Shown here in pieces: positions 28,101 to 37,422 of a stretch of 64,000 bases of DNA. The notes under the pieces are model-generated. The model searched no databases, was not told the DNA's origin, and saw only the letters and a list, made by a program, of their open reading frames with translations. Position numbers and translations under genes: made by a program. Every line of letters begins with the position of its first letter. Position 1 is the first letter of the stretch. Where the stretch lies: positions 5,648 through 69,647 of the forward strand of contig VGWG01000005.1 in assembly GCA_016873675.1 (NCBI GenBank), read 5' to 3'. Origin of the DNA: Lentisphaerota bacterium. Its GTDB lineage: Bacteria > Verrucomicrobiota > Kiritimatiellia > RFP12 > JAAYNR01.

Positions 28101-30670
28101 AGAGCGAACGCAAACAGCGTCCAATACCCCGTCAGCGCGGGGACGCCCATCACCCAACCGCCGAGCAGCAGGAGAAACAGGGCCGGGGGCACCAGACTTC
28201 GGCGCAGGTTGTCGAAGATCTTCCACCACGCGAGCGCGGTCAGCGTATTGGGCACCCGCTTGCTGGACGACCCAAGCACCCGCGGCAGGAGCCATCCGGC
28301 GATCTGCCAGTCGCCACGAATCCAGCGATGACGCCGGCTCATCTCGGCGGTGAAACTCGCGGGATGGTCCTCATGCAACTCCACGTCCGTCACCAATGCC
28401 GACCGGGCATAACCGCTTTCCACCAAGTCGTGACTCAGAATCAGGTTTTCCGGAAACCGCCCGGCTGTGGCCTGCCGGAAGGCGTTTACGTCATAAAGAC
28501 CTTTGCCCACATACGACCCCTCCGCAAACAGGTCCTGGTACACGTCCGACACTTCGCGCGTGTAGGGATCAATGCCCGCTTCGCCGACGCTGAGCTGGGC
28601 AAAGCGCGAACGATGGGCCGCGAGCAGACTGATGGGCGTGCGCGGCTGTAGGATGGCATACCCCTCGACCACGCGCCCGGTGGATGGATCGAAGCGCGGT
28701 CGGTTCAGCGGATGCACCAGCGTGCCGACGAGTTTGCGGGCGGCATCGCGCGGCAAGGCGGTGTCTGTGTCCAACGTCAACACGTAGCGAATCGTGGGCA
28801 GCACCGCCAGATCGGCGATGATCTCGGAGAACGGCGTGCGCGGCCCGCCGCAGAGCAGCGCGTTGAACTGTTCCAGCTTGCCCCGTTTGCGTTCGTAACC
28901 CATCCAGAGGCGCTCGTGCGGGTTCCAGACCCGCGGCCGGTGAAAGAGGTAGAAGCCGGGCGCGTCCACGAAACCATACCGCTCGTTCAACGCGCGGATC
29001 CCGTCACGCACCAGACGCACCAGTTCTGCGTCGTCGTCTTGCGTCGCGGCGGGCGCATCACGAAAGTCGGTCAGCAGTGCGAAGAACAGATGCGGATCGC
29101 GATTTCCCAGAAATCGGACCTCCAGTCCTTCCAGTAAATCGGCGACGGCCCGTGCATCGGTCAGGAGCGTGGGGATCGCCACCAGGGTGCGATCCGTGTC
29201 TGGTATCCCTTTCGATAAGTCCATCCGCGGCAGGGCGCGTGGCCCGACCAAGAGACTCGTCGCCAGGTTCACCAGCGCGACGGCCATCTGGGACGCCACG
29301 AGGATGCCCAGCGCCGCTAGCAGCCAGACCCGCCAGTCGCCCCAGCCCAACAGCCGGAGCGGCTCCAGCAGCGGGCTGGTGGCGACCGCCGTGACCCCAG
29401 CCAGCGCTCCGACATAGAGACCGACCGGAAAGCGGCGCGCCATCCGCGAAAATGACCGGCGCAGCGACCAGCGGACGCGGACGAGGCGCTCCAGCCGATC
29501 ACACCCCTGGTCGATGAGATAGTAGCCCACATGGGCGGTGCGCGACAGCGGGCCGTCACGGCGCAGAGCTTCCGCGGCAAGATCGACGACCGTGCGGGCC
29601 ACCGTCTCCTCGGCGGTTTGGGACCGCCGCGCCAGATCTTCGACGACATGGCGATACCGGTCGCGCGTCAAGAAGTCCATGTCGGCATACACGCCGAGAG
29701 GATCGGCGCGCAGCGCCTGTTCGGTCGCGCTCGACGTTTCCACGAAGGTCCGCCAGTTGATCGCGCCCAACGCGCGCAGACTGCCGATGCAGTTGCCGAT
29801 GGAAACCTGATCAGCCGCCTGGCTCTGGGTGTCGGCCCGCTGCAGGCGCTCGCGGGTCACGCCCTGCTCGGCGAGCCGGTGTTGCACCCAGCTCTCGACG
29901 GTAGCCATGGCCGGCCCTTGCCCCTGCAATCGTTCGCAGAATTCCTCGACAAACGGGCTGCTGAACGACGGCTCGGACTCTGCCATCTCCGCCAGCACCC
30001 GCAGGACCGTCGCTGAATTCTCCTCCGTCGCCGTCAGCAGGCGAGCGGCCCACCGTTTGGCCAGAACCAAATCGCTACGACGTCCGGCGATATGCGCCGA
30101 GACGCGTCGCAAGTTCTCGATCAGCCCCAAACGCAGCATGATCGGCACGGCCCACAGCTCGCCCAGGATCAGCGTTTTGACGGACTGGTAGGCCGCAACG
30201 AAGTGGCTGACGTTTTCGGCGTCCACGCGTCCGTCAGCGTGAGCGATCAGCTCCAGGGCGATGTCATACACGCGGGGAAATCCGGCCGCCGCGCCATGCG
30301 CCAGTCGGGGCAGCTCCCGACTGTAGGTCCGAGGGAAGTGCAGACGCGCGAGACGGATTTGCTCCTCAACCAGGTAAAAATTATCCAGGAGCCACTCGCC
30401 TGCCGGGCTGCCACGCCGCCCTTCGGCCTCCGCGCCGGTCATCATATCATAGGCCTGAATCAGCATCCGTTCGTTGTCCGCCAAACGCGGCAGCAGCCGG
30501 TTCGGACCCGACTGCGGGTCTAGCTGATGTCGCCCCGCCAGGGCAACGGCATGCCGACGCAACTGCTCGACGCTGAACAATTCGGCGCGCAGAGGCCCTT
30601 CCGTCGCGCGAGCGCGCGGCGAAGACCGCCTTTCTTGCCACCGTGTGCGACCTAACCGTGTCGTTTGCAT
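22151..30670 (-). CDS. cgs: Cyclic beta-1,2-glucan synthase (Cgs/NdvB/ChvB), 2839 aa
   Basis: A single giant ORF with an N-terminal multi-TM region, a GT84 glycosyltransferase core (…LDTDT…, QPR, RWIRGDWQ) and a C-terminal GH94-like glucan phosphorylase domain. Size and architecture are diagnostic. Confidence 0.85.
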   Translation of the reverse strand: MQTTRLGRTRWQERRSSPRARATEGPLRAELFSVEQLRRHAVALAGRHQLDPQSGPNRLLPRLADNERMLIQAYDMMTGAEAEGRRGSPAGEWLLDNFYLVEEQIRLARLHFPRTYSRELPRLAHGAAAGFPRVYDIALELIAHADGRVDAENVSHFVAAYQSVKTLILGELWAVPIMLRLGLIENLRRVSAHIAGRRSDLVLAKRWAARLLTATEENSATVLRVLAEMAESEPSFSSPFVEEFCERLQGQGPAMATVESWVQHRLAEQGVTRERLQRADTQSQAADQVSIGNCIGSLRALGAINWRTFVETSSATEQALRADPLGVYADMDFLTRDRYRHVVEDLARRSQTAEETVARTVVDLAAEALRRDGPLSRTAHVGYYLIDQGCDRLERLVRVRWSLRRSFSRMARRFPVGLYVGALAGVTAVATSPLLEPLRLLGWGDWRVWLLAALGILVASQMAVALVNLATSLLVGPRALPRMDLSKGIPDTDRTLVAIPTLLTDARAVADLLEGLEVRFLGNRDPHLFFALLTDFRDAPAATQDDDAELVRLVRDGIRALNERYGFVDAPGFYLFHRPRVWNPHERLWMGYERKRGKLEQFNALLCGGPRTPFSEIIADLAVLPTIRYVLTLDTDTALPRDAARKLVGTLVHPLNRPRFDPSTGRVVEGYAILQPRTPISLLAAHRSRFAQLSVGEAGIDPYTREVSDVYQDLFAEGSYVGKGLYDVNAFRQATAGRFPENLILSHDLVESGYARSALVTDVELHEDHPASFTAEMSRRHRWIRGDWQIAGWLLPRVLGSSSKRVPNTLTALAWWKIFDNLRRSLVPPALFLLLLGGWVMGVPALTGYWTLFAFALLLLPVGVTVLVEALQKPRERTWAVHRNAIFGAIGRQGAEAALALCSLPYRAVVHLDAILVSAGRMAFTRRGLLLWHTPRYARRNGCKTPADFFSEMWVAPLFGAIAGVWLALAHPAELLFSGPLLLLWLIAPAVGWWISRPLTTPQPVLSEAQHVFLHGLARQTWSYFETLVNAQENWLPPDNLQETPTRLVASRTSPTNIGMALLANLSAWDFGYLSTGELLERTEQTLGAMERLERYHGHFYNWYDTRTLVPLRPLYVSSVDSGNLAGALAVLRSGLLELKTQPVVSPRLLSGLRDTLDRAGAPPLASLRTKLNATPPATLSATMTLLQELGREIETLPADGDANRQAWRHAFARQCRAVRDDLLLLVPDTRPFEGIPTLQDLAGEAAGGPRAAERLRRIDRLARSCAAQAEMDFAFLYDPARALLVIGYNVSERRRDPAYYDLLASEARLASFMLIAQDRLPQEHWFALGRQVTTHVGAMALLSWSGSMFEYLMPLLVMPTYEHTLLDQSYRAVVARQIEYGRQRGVPWGISESCYNATDAQGVYQYGAFGVPGLGFKRGLAENLVVAPYASALALMVMPREACRNLQTLVEKGYGGAHGLYEAIDFSPARMPQGKEGVLLRSYMAHHQGMSLLALTHLLLDRPMQRRFLSDPAFKAAELLLHERIPKIASPLHPHAAEVSAARQPPEAAAALMRVFPSPDTPLPHVHLLSNGRYHVMVTHTGGGYSRWKNLAVTRWREDATRDGWGLFCYVRDTVTGVLWSTAYQPTRRAAKYGEAIFLQGRAEYRRRDEEIEAHTEIAVSPEDDVEVRRVTLTNFSSRLRTIELTSYAEIVLAPPDADLAHPAFSNLFVRTEILRDTQAILCMRRPRAPGEEPPWMFHLMTTQGALAGDASYETDRARFIGRNRTVDAPAAFDAPGPLSGTEGATLDPIVAIRCGMVIAADTVATWHIISGMADTRAAALVLIDKYRDSSFAARAFEMAWSHSQLVLRQLQATEAEAQVYVELAGAVLFANPRLRADAGLLVRNRLGQPGLWAFGISGDLPIVLLRIADVHRIERVREVLKAHAYWREKGLKTDLIILNEDFSGYRQVLQEQVLSLIAAGTEAHRVDKPGGIFPRRSEQLSEEQRILLQTVARVIITDSAETLTGQVERQAPLERVMPRFTPSRSPLTAAASALPPRERIFFNGLGGFTPDGREYVISLAPGRATPAPWSNVLANARIGSVVSESGGAYTWVDNAHEFRLTPWHNDPVGDLSGEAFYIRDEETGQFWSPTPLPARGSGTYVCRHGFGYSVFEYAQLGIESELWTYVAQDAPVKVVTIKLRNRSGRTRRLSVTGYWELVLGQWRHTNLMHVVTSLDPATGALFARTVYNREFADKTVFVNVSDAARTVTGSRAEFLGRNGMMASPAAMRRARLSGRTGAGLDPCAAMQAGIALADGEEHELVFTLGAGNDVEEAHQLIRRFGDPAGARLALESVWEFWKRTLGVVYAETPDPALNLLVNGWLEYQVLAARYWGRSGYYQSGGAYGFRDQLQDTMALLHAAPWIAREHLLRCASRQFSEGDVQHWWHPPSGRGVRTHCSDDYLWLPYATCRYVTMTGDTGVLDERAPYLDGRPVNADEESYYDLPRLSGKSGTLYEHCVLAIEYGLRFGEHGLPLIGSGDWNDGMNLVGAHGRGESVWLAFFLYHVLQRFEELARRRHDTVLADRCREQAARLQRNIEAHGWDGEWYRRATFDDGTPLGSAANEECQIDSLAQSWAVLSGAAEPARARQAMEHVYQRLVRHDDRLIRLLDPPFETSAMEPGYIKSYPPGVRENGGQYTHGAIWAVMAFAQLGETERAWELFSRLNPIRHTANAAGVECYKVEPYVMAADVYGAVPHVGRGGWTWYTGAAGWMYRLLVETLLGVRLEAEQLRLNPQLPRAWTALKLHYRYRDTFYHIHVTRSAAALARPFRVVLDGLEQADGIVPLVDDRREHAVAVSVC

Positions 30671-30742
30671 ATCTTTCCTTCATCCAAGCCTTGCCGACTG
30701 AAGGTTACAACACCAATCACGCAAACGATATGGGGTAAAACC

Positions 30743-31456
30743 CTATTTCACCTGCGATGCCGCGAAATCCCAATTTACCAGATGGTCCAGGAATGCCTGG
30801 ACGAAATCTTTGCGGCGGTTCAGGTGGTCGAGATAGTAGGCGTGCTCCCAGACGTCACAGGTCAGGAGCGCGGTTTGCCCGTGCGCGAGAGGCGTATCCG
30901 CATTAGACGTCTTGATGATCTTCAGCGTGTCGCCCTCCTGCACCAGCCAAGCCCATCCGCTCCCGAACTGGGTCAGGGCGGCTTCGCTAAAGGCGGCCTT
31001 GAAGGCATCGAAACTGCCGAATGTGGCGGTGATTCGCTCCGCCAGCTTACCGGTCGGCGCGCCTCCGCCATTGGGCTTCATGCTCTTCCAGAAGAACGTG
31101 TGATTCCAGACCTGGGCGGCGTTGTTGAACAGACCCGCCTGATCCGGTTTGCCCGCCGTCTGCCGAATGATCTCTTCCAGAGGCAAACCGGCCATCTTCG
31201 TGTCAGCCGCGAGTGTGTTCAGATTGTCCACATAGGTCTGATAGTGCTTGCCGTAGTGAACGCTCAGCGTCCGCGCCGATAGGTGCGGCTCCAACGCATC
31301 CTGCGCGTAGGGCAGCGTCGGCAGTACGAAAGCGGGATCGTCTCCGCCTGCGGCCAGAGTCTTCGCGGGTACCTGCGCATTCGCTGCGAGCAACAGGCCT
31401 GTCAACGGAAGCAGGCTCACCATCGCCAACCTACTCTTACTCAAATGCGGATTCAT
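30743..31456 (-). CDS. sodB: Periplasmic iron superoxide dismutase
   Basis: An N-terminal signal peptide, then LPYAQDALEPHLSARTLSVHYGKHYQTYV...FNNAAQVWNHTFFW...DVWEHAYYLD. The AAQVWNHTFFW motif indicates Fe-type. Confidence 0.88.
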   Translation of the reverse strand: MNPHLSKSRLAMVSLLPLTGLLLAANAQVPAKTLAAGGDDPAFVLPTLPYAQDALEPHLSARTLSVHYGKHYQTYVDNLNTLAADTKMAGLPLEEIIRQTAGKPDQAGLFNNAAQVWNHTFFWKSMKPNGGGAPTGKLAERITATFGSFDAFKAAFSEAALTQFGSGWAWLVQEGDTLKIIKTSNADTPLAHGQTALLTCDVWEHAYYLDHLNRRKDFVQAFLDHLVNWDFAASQVK

Positions 31457-31521
31457 GTGTGGATCTCCTTGTTTGGATTTGATGATACCTAATTACTGCA
31501 ATGCAATAGTTTAGACACACA

Positions 31522-32193
31522 TTACCCGAGACCTGTTTCGAGACCGGCTAGATCAGTTGCCGGGTCGATCGATCTGGGCGCCCGAGCGTTCCACGAGGCG
31601 ATGGCGGGTTGGTCGGGGCGATTATGTTCATAGCAGAGCACGCTGACCGATGCGGTGTTTAGTAAAAAATGTTGTGCATGCGCGACGGTCAAGCCGATCC
31701 ACCGCGCGGCGAGCACGCGGCCAACGTGGCCGTGGGAGAAGAGCGCGACATTGCCATCGAGCGTGCGGAGATGGGCAATCACGCGATCCGCGCGGGCGGA
31801 CAGTTGAGCGGGCGTCTCTCCGTTGGGCGCGCCATCGCGAAAGAGATTCCAGCGTGGCCGCGATGCGGCTATCTCAGCAGGTGTACGCCCCTCATCATCC
31901 CCGTTGTCCCACTCCGCCAGATCCGGCACGATTGTCGGCGGCGGCTTCAGCCCCGCCAGCGCGCACGTCTGTCGCGCACGTTGGAGCGGGCTGGTCAGCA
32001 CGTGGGTGAATAGGATGTTCCGGAGCCGCAGCCCCACCTCTCGCGCCTCGTCTTCGCCATGGGCGGTCAGTGGAATGTCCGTGCTCCCGGTGTATTGGCC
32101 GGAGCGTGACCACGCGGTTTCGCCATGGCGGATGAAGTAGATGTTGAGCGACTGAGGAGCACAACCATATTCACTGGTCTTGCGGTTTGTCAT
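31522..32193 (-). CDS. Histidine phosphatase family protein (phosphoglycerate-mutase-like)
   Basis: IYFIRHGETAWSRSGQYTGSTDIPLTAHGEDEAR...LTSPLQRARQT...SHG. The RHG catalytic motif is present. The ORF-track start at 32541 is an extension. Confidence 0.7.
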   Translation of the reverse strand: MTNRKTSEYGCAPQSLNIYFIRHGETAWSRSGQYTGSTDIPLTAHGEDEAREVGLRLRNILFTHVLTSPLQRARQTCALAGLKPPPTIVPDLAEWDNGDDEGRTPAEIAASRPRWNLFRDGAPNGETPAQLSARADRVIAHLRTLDGNVALFSHGHVGRVLAARWIGLTVAHAQHFLLNTASVSVLCYEHNRPDQPAIASWNARAPRSIDPATDLAGLETGLG

Positions 32194-32249
32194 GACGGCT
32201 TTGTCGTCAGCCACCCGCGCCGTTGCGGTGGCGATCAATACGCGGGTAC

Positions 32250-34619
32250 TCATGATCGATCGCCCCACTTCCAGTTCCGCACGTCCGGCATGTCCACACC
32301 ATGCTGGTCGATGTAGCGCGTATGCTCGCTCAGCTTGTCGGTCATCAGCGCGTGCAGCGTTGCGCCTCGATTTCCAAGCGAGCCAACCCGACGAATCGCG
32401 TCCTGCACCAAGTGGAAACGGTCCAGATCGTTCAGCACGGTCATGTCGAAAGTGGTGGTGATGGTGCCTTCTTCCTTGTAGCCGCGCACATGGAGCTGTC
32501 CGTGGTTCGTGCGGCGATAGGTCAACCGGTGGATCAGCCACGGGTAGCCGTGAAAGGCGAAGAGGATCGGTTTGTCCTTCGTGAACAGGGCGTCGAAGTC
32601 CCGATCACTCAGCCCGTGCGGGTGTTCGCTTTCCGGCTGCAGCTTCATCAAGTCCACAATGTTGACCACGCGAATTTTCAGCTCGGGCAGGTGGTTCCGA
32701 AGGATGGAAACGGCGGCGAGCGTTTCCAGCGTGGGCACGTCGCCGCAACAGGCCATCACGATGTCCGGTTCTGTTGCCCGAGCGCATCCCGCCCATTCCC
32801 AGATCCCGATCCCCCGGGTGCAGTGCTCCACGGCCTCGTCCATCGTTAGCCATTGCGGTGCCTGGTATTTGCCGGCGACCACCACGTTGACGTAGTGGCG
32901 GCTCCTGAGGCAATGGTCCCACACCGATAACAGGCAGTTGGCGTCGGGCGGCAGGTACACACGCACGACCGACGCCTTCTTATTGACCACATGATCGATG
33001 AAGCCGGGGTCCTGATGCGTAAAGCCGTTATGAGCCTGCTGCCAGACATGCGAGGCGAGCAAGTAATTCAGCGAGGCGATCTTGCGCCGCCAGGGAAGCT
33101 CGGCACTGACCTTCAACCACTTGGCATGCTGGTTGAACATCGAATCGATGATGTGGATGAACGCCTCGTAACAGTTGAAGAGGCCATGCCGCCCGGTGAG
33201 CAAATAGCCTTCGAGCCAGCCCTCGCATTGATGCTCGCTGAGCATTTCCATCACGCAGCCGTCTGTTGCCAGAAACTCATCATTGTCCCTTGTTCGGGCT
33301 TCCCACTGCCGGTTGGTTACCTCAAAAACGCAATTTAACCGGTTGGACAGCGTTTCGTCGGGGCCGAAGATGCGGAAATTCCGTTGCTTGCTGTTGAGGC
33401 TCACCACCTCGCGCAGAAACTCCCCCAGTTCGTGCGTGTCGGCGGCTTGAACGGCGCCCGGCGCCGGGACCACTACCGCATAGTCGCGAAAGTCGGGCAT
33501 CATCAGGTCGCGCAACAGCAGACCGCCGTTCGCGTGAGGATTGGCCCCCATGCGGCGGTCGCCCGTGGGCGCAAGCTCGGCCAGTTCGGGGATAAGACGC
33601 CCGCTCTGATCGAAGAGTTCTTCCGGCCGATAGCTCTTCATCCAGTCTTCAAGAAGCTTGAGATGGTCAGGATGCTCCGCATCAATCAGGATGGGGATCT
33701 GGTGCGCCCGGAAGGTGCCCTCGATCTGCAGTCCATCGACCTCCTTCGGTCCTGTCCAGCCTTTGGGGGATCTGAGGACGATCATCGGCCAGCGCGGACG
33801 GTCGGGTGCCCCGTTTTCCCGTGCGCAGCGTTGAATCTGGCGGATTTCCTGAACGGCTCTGTCCAGGACTTCGGCCATGCGTTGGTGCATGGTTTTGGGA
33901 TCGTCGCCCTCCACGAAGTAGGGCGTCCAGCCATAGCCGCGGAACAGTTGCTCCAGCTCTTCCGGTTCGATGCGCGCCAGGACAGCCGGATTGGCGATCT
34001 TGTAGCCGTTGAGATGCAGGATCGGCAGCACGGCCCCGTCAGTGATCGGGTTGAGGAACTTGTTGGAGTGCCAGGCCGTGGCCAGCGGGCCGGTTTCGGC
34101 TTCGCCATCCCCGACTACGCAGGCGACGATCAGTTCCGGATTATCGAACGCGGCGCCGAAGGCATGGCTGAGCGAATAGCCGAGTTCGCCGCCCTCGTGA
34201 ATCGAGCCCGGGCACTCCGGAGACACATGGCTGGGAATGCCGCCGGGGAACGAAAACTGCTTAAACAGCTTTTGGAGTCCGGCCTCATCCTGGCTGATGT
34301 CGGGGTAGATCTCGCTGTAGGTACCCTCCAAATACGTGTTGCCCACCAGCGCCGGACCACCATGGCCGGGGCCGGAGATGTAGATCATGTCCAGATCGTG
34401 TTCCGTGATGACCCGGTTGAGGTGCACATAGATGAAATTCTGACCCGGCGTGGTCCCCCAATGGCCGAGCAGCATCGCTTTCACATGGGCGGACTTCAGC
34501 GGCTCACGCAGTAGCGGGTTGTCACGCAGATAGAGCTGGCCGACCGAGAGATAGTTCGCCGCGCGCCAATAGGCATCCATCTTGTGGAGCAGGTCGAGCG
34601 TCAGCGTATCTGTTTTCAT
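32250..34619 (-). CDS. xfp: Xylulose-5-phosphate/fructose-6-phosphate phosphoketolase
   Basis: [25 protein letters not shown] and the [15 protein letters not shown] ThDP motif. A 789-aa full-length XFP. Confidence 0.9.
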   Translation of the reverse strand: MKTDTLTLDLLHKMDAYWRAANYLSVGQLYLRDNPLLREPLKSAHVKAMLLGHWGTTPGQNFIYVHLNRVITEHDLDMIYISGPGHGGPALVGNTYLEGTYSEIYPDISQDEAGLQKLFKQFSFPGGIPSHVSPECPGSIHEGGELGYSLSHAFGAAFDNPELIVACVVGDGEAETGPLATAWHSNKFLNPITDGAVLPILHLNGYKIANPAVLARIEPEELEQLFRGYGWTPYFVEGDDPKTMHQRMAEVLDRAVQEIRQIQRCARENGAPDRPRWPMIVLRSPKGWTGPKEVDGLQIEGTFRAHQIPILIDAEHPDHLKLLEDWMKSYRPEELFDQSGRLIPELAELAPTGDRRMGANPHANGGLLLRDLMMPDFRDYAVVVPAPGAVQAADTHELGEFLREVVSLNSKQRNFRIFGPDETLSNRLNCVFEVTNRQWEARTRDNDEFLATDGCVMEMLSEHQCEGWLEGYLLTGRHGLFNCYEAFIHIIDSMFNQHAKWLKVSAELPWRRKIASLNYLLASHVWQQAHNGFTHQDPGFIDHVVNKKASVVRVYLPPDANCLLSVWDHCLRSRHYVNVVVAGKYQAPQWLTMDEAVEHCTRGIGIWEWAGCARATEPDIVMACCGDVPTLETLAAVSILRNHLPELKIRVVNIVDLMKLQPESEHPHGLSDRDFDALFTKDKPILFAFHGYPWLIHRLTYRRTNHGQLHVRGYKEEGTITTTFDMTVLNDLDRFHLVQDAIRRVGSLGNRGATLHALMTDKLSEHTRYIDQHGVDMPDVRNWKWGDRS

Positions 34620-34622
34620 GGT

Positions 34623-35186
34623 TCAGTTCTCCTTTTTCATCTGACTCGGTTTCATTCTTCTCGCCGGGCGTGGCGCCCAAGTTTGACCATCTCCAGAACG
34701 AGCAACGGGATGGCTCCCACGGCGAGCAGCAACAGGCAATCGGTGAATGGCATGTGTGACGTCTTCAGAAAGCGCCCCAGCATCGCGCTGTGTTGGCTCC
34801 ACACCTGAAGGGTGAAGGAAAGGGCAACCACGAGCATGAGATTGACGTTTGTGAATAGGGAGATGCGCCAGACCGGCTTCGCCGAGCAGGCCGGAGATAA
34901 CACCGGCCGCGATGAGAATCCAGATCAGGAGGCTCTTGAACTGGCCGAGCACAATCCGAAGCGGGCTGATGGGTTTGCCTTCCTTCAGTTCGTTCGGGCC
35001 GCTGGTCGAAAGGCGCTGCGCCGCTTCCTGCGAAGAGAGCCCAACCGCCGCGGACTCAAGCCGGCTCAGCACATCCTCAGCCGACTGGCTGTGCCAAGCT
35101 GTGTTCGCCGGCTGTGCGGCGAACCCCTCGCTATCTGCGGGCAGAAGGCTGTAAGTCGTTGGGTCTGCACCAACCGGATTGTTCAT
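34623..35186 (-). pseudogene. P-type cation ATPase remnant: the N-terminal ~80 aa joined out of frame to the C-terminal ~80 aa
   Basis: The 35186-downward frame gives HSQSAEDVLSRLESAAVGLSSQEAAQRLSTSGPNELKEGKPISPLRIVLGQFKSLLIWILIAAGVISGLLGE (Cation_ATPase_N plus TM1). The second frame (34903-34652) gives ...FTNVNLMLVVALSFTLQVWSQHSAMLGRFLKTSHMPFTDCLLLLAVGAIPLLVLEMVKLG, the last TM helices of P2-type ATPases. About 2.2 kb of the expected core (DKTGT, TGDN and others) is missing. Confidence 0.65.
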
Positions 35187-36322
35187 GCCTTTCCCTTTGG
35201 CTGCTGTTTTGACGACCGTTGCATCAGGTTCTCCATCAATTTGTCGAACGGCTGATTGAACTTCGTGACGCCTTCGTCCTCCAATTGCTGAGTAACCGCA
35301 TCGAGACTGATTCCGATATCCGACAATCGCTTCAAGATCCGTGCCGCATGGGCAACATCTTTCTCGAGACGGGCTTGCGCGTCTCCATGGTCGCGATAGG
35401 CGTCGAACGTTTCGACCGGAGCCGTGTTCACCGTGTCCGGTCCGATGAGGGCCTCAACGTATTTCACGTCGCTGTAATCGGGATTCTTTGTGCCCGTGCT
35501 GGCCCAGAGCAACCGCTGAACGTGAGCGCCCTGCGCCGCCAGACTCCTGAACCGGTCGCCGTCGAAGATCTCTTTGAATATCTGATAGGCCATCTTCGCG
35601 CTGGCGATTGCGACTTGCCCGAGCGCCTCCTTCGCGACATCTGCCGCTGGGCCGTTTTTCTCGATGATTGGTTTCAGCAGCGGGTCCACTAGCACATCGA
35701 TACGGCTCACAAAGAAACTGGCCACCGAGGCCACGTGGTTCACCGCTTGCCTTTGGCTCAACCGCGCTTCGATGCCAGCGATGTAGGCTTCCGCCACCTG
35801 CCGGTAACGAGACAGCCCAAAGATCAAGGTCACATTGACGTTGATTCCTTCCCCTATCAGTTGCCGGATGGCGGGCAGTCCTTCGACTGTGGCGGGCACT
35901 TTGATGAAGACGTTGGGCCGGTTCAGGGCACTCCACAACCGGCGGGCTTCCATCAGCGTGCCAGGAGTGTTATGCGCCAGATGAGGGTTGACCTCCAAGC
36001 TGATGTAACCGTCTTTACCGTCGGTCCGGTCATAAAGCGGCCGGAACGCATCGGCGGCGCTTTGAACATCGCGCCGGGTGATCGCTTCATAGATATCCTG
36101 AGCGCCCTTCCCTTTAACCGCCAAGTCGCGAATATCCTCGTCGTAATCGTGACTCTCCACAATAGCCTTCTCGAAGATGGCGGGATTGGAGGTCATCCCC
36201 CGGAGTCCATCCTCTTCGATCAGACGCCGGAGCTCGCCGCCTGCGATCAGGTCGCGTCGGATGTAGTCCAGCCAAATGGACTGCCCGAGTGTTTCCACGT
36301 GTTTTACAGGATTGATCTTCAT
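35183..36322 (-). CDS. tal: Transaldolase
   Basis: MKINPVKHVETLGQSIWLDYIRRDLI...MTSNPAIFEKAI...ISLEVNP...FIKVPAT are transaldolase signatures, including the Schiff-base Lys region. It is translationally coupled to the P-ATPase remnant. Confidence 0.88.
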   Translation of the reverse strand: MKINPVKHVETLGQSIWLDYIRRDLIAGGELRRLIEEDGLRGMTSNPAIFEKAIVESHDYDEDIRDLAVKGKGAQDIYEAITRRDVQSAADAFRPLYDRTDGKDGYISLEVNPHLAHNTPGTLMEARRLWSALNRPNVFIKVPATVEGLPAIRQLIGEGINVNVTLIFGLSRYRQVAEAYIAGIEARLSQRQAVNHVASVASFFVSRIDVLVDPLLKPIIEKNGPAADVAKEALGQVAIASAKMAYQIFKEIFDGDRFRSLAAQGAHVQRLLWASTGTKNPDYSDVKYVEALIGPDTVNTAPVETFDAYRDHGDAQARLEKDVAHAARILKRLSDIGISLDAVTQQLEDEGVTKFNQPFDKLMENLMQRSSKQQPKGKA

Positions 36323-36351
36323 GGGGTTGCCTCGGTAACACGGTCGTGGAA

Positions 36352-36639
36352 TCAGGCACGGCGTGACTTACGACGGTACGTATGGCCACCACCGCCCCAA
36401 TGAACAATGTCGACAACACAGGCGGCGATGAAGAGCGCCAGCCATCCGCCGGTCAACGTGTGATTGTTGTTCAGCATGGCCGCGACGTAGGCGAGGGTGG
36501 TATACGGCATGAACACAAAGCCCACGAGCGGCCACAACCGGGTTTCAAACGCGCGTTTGAACCAGTCCGTCATCAAGAAAGCGATGACCATCAAAACGCG
36601 AGGCACGGCCAAAGCAATAACTACAAGTAGACATCCCAT
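36352..36639 (-). CDS. Small integral membrane protein (hypothetical)
   Basis: A 95-aa protein with three predicted TM helices. There is no recognisable family. Confidence 0.3.
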   Translation of the reverse strand: MGCLLVVIALAVPRVLMVIAFLMTDWFKRAFETRLWPLVGFVFMPYTTLAYVAAMLNNNHTLTGGWLALFIAACVVDIVHWGGGGHTYRRKSRRA

Positions 36640-36795
36640 CGCTCTTCTCCGTTATGATATCGTAACAACACATCCCAGCCCCTTCTTTTTCTCAGAAGCC
36701 AAGAATAAACGGGCACCCTTTTTAGCAGCACCTATCCTGATGCGCCGTTGATGGCACGCCCGTCTCTGTCGCCGGGGCTACAGGAGAGCGGTCGG

Positions 36796-37023
36796 CTATA
36801 CTGTGTCCCCCGCTTCATCCACGGTCTGCTTGGCAATATCCTTTGCTTTCGCCACGAACTTACGAGCGTTGTCCTTGGCTTTCCGGACGCCAGCCTCCGC
36901 GCTCTGCTTGACGTGTCCCATGGCCTGATCCATCTGGCCCTTGGCGCGCAATTTGTCGTTGTTGACCAGCGTACCCGCCGCTTCTTCGATTCGGCCCTTC
37001 GCTACTTCTATCGATCCATTCAT
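36796..37023 (-). CDS. CsbD-family general stress protein
   Basis: MNGSIEVAKGRIEEAAGTLVNNDKLRAKGQMDQAMGHVKQSAEAG…K..AKD is the CsbD repeat pattern. RBS AAGAGAGGGAATC is present. The ORF-track start at 37086 is an extension. Confidence 0.6.
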   Translation of the reverse strand: MNGSIEVAKGRIEEAAGTLVNNDKLRAKGQMDQAMGHVKQSAEAGVRKAKDNARKFVAKAKDIAKQTVDEAGDTV

Positions 37024-37422
37024 GATTCCCTCTCTTTTCTTGTTTCGAACGTTGGTTCTTTCGTTGGTGACGAGAGCGTACACCATCGGCTGAACACACG
37101 GGTATAGGGTGTAACCCTACGCGCGTATCCCCGGCGTGTCGATCAACATGGCGCCACCCTCCAGAACAAGCAACGGGCGTCGGGAGGTGGTAGAAAAACC
37201 CTCGGGACGACGCTATGAATCATGGCGGGGCCGCCCGATGCGTGGCACTGCACACACACCCAGTCGCCCACACACGGCAGGTCACTGGCGGACTCGACTG
37301 CGAAACGGAACTTGCCCGCGAGCTCCGCAAAGGTGTCGGCCCCTGTGAAAGATATTCTGGACATCTTTACCCGTTTCTGGCACGGTAGCCTCATGCATTC
37401 CCTGCTCCCATCCGGTTCCGGG

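Noticed and set aside
22061-30523. Several long plus-strand ORFs (22061..24976, 25928..27520, 27611..28651 and others) opposite the cyclic glucan synthase
   Set aside because: These are GC-rich antisense shadow ORFs with Arg/Pro/Gly-rich nonsense composition, no motifs and no RBS. The minus-strand 2839-aa ORF explains the region.
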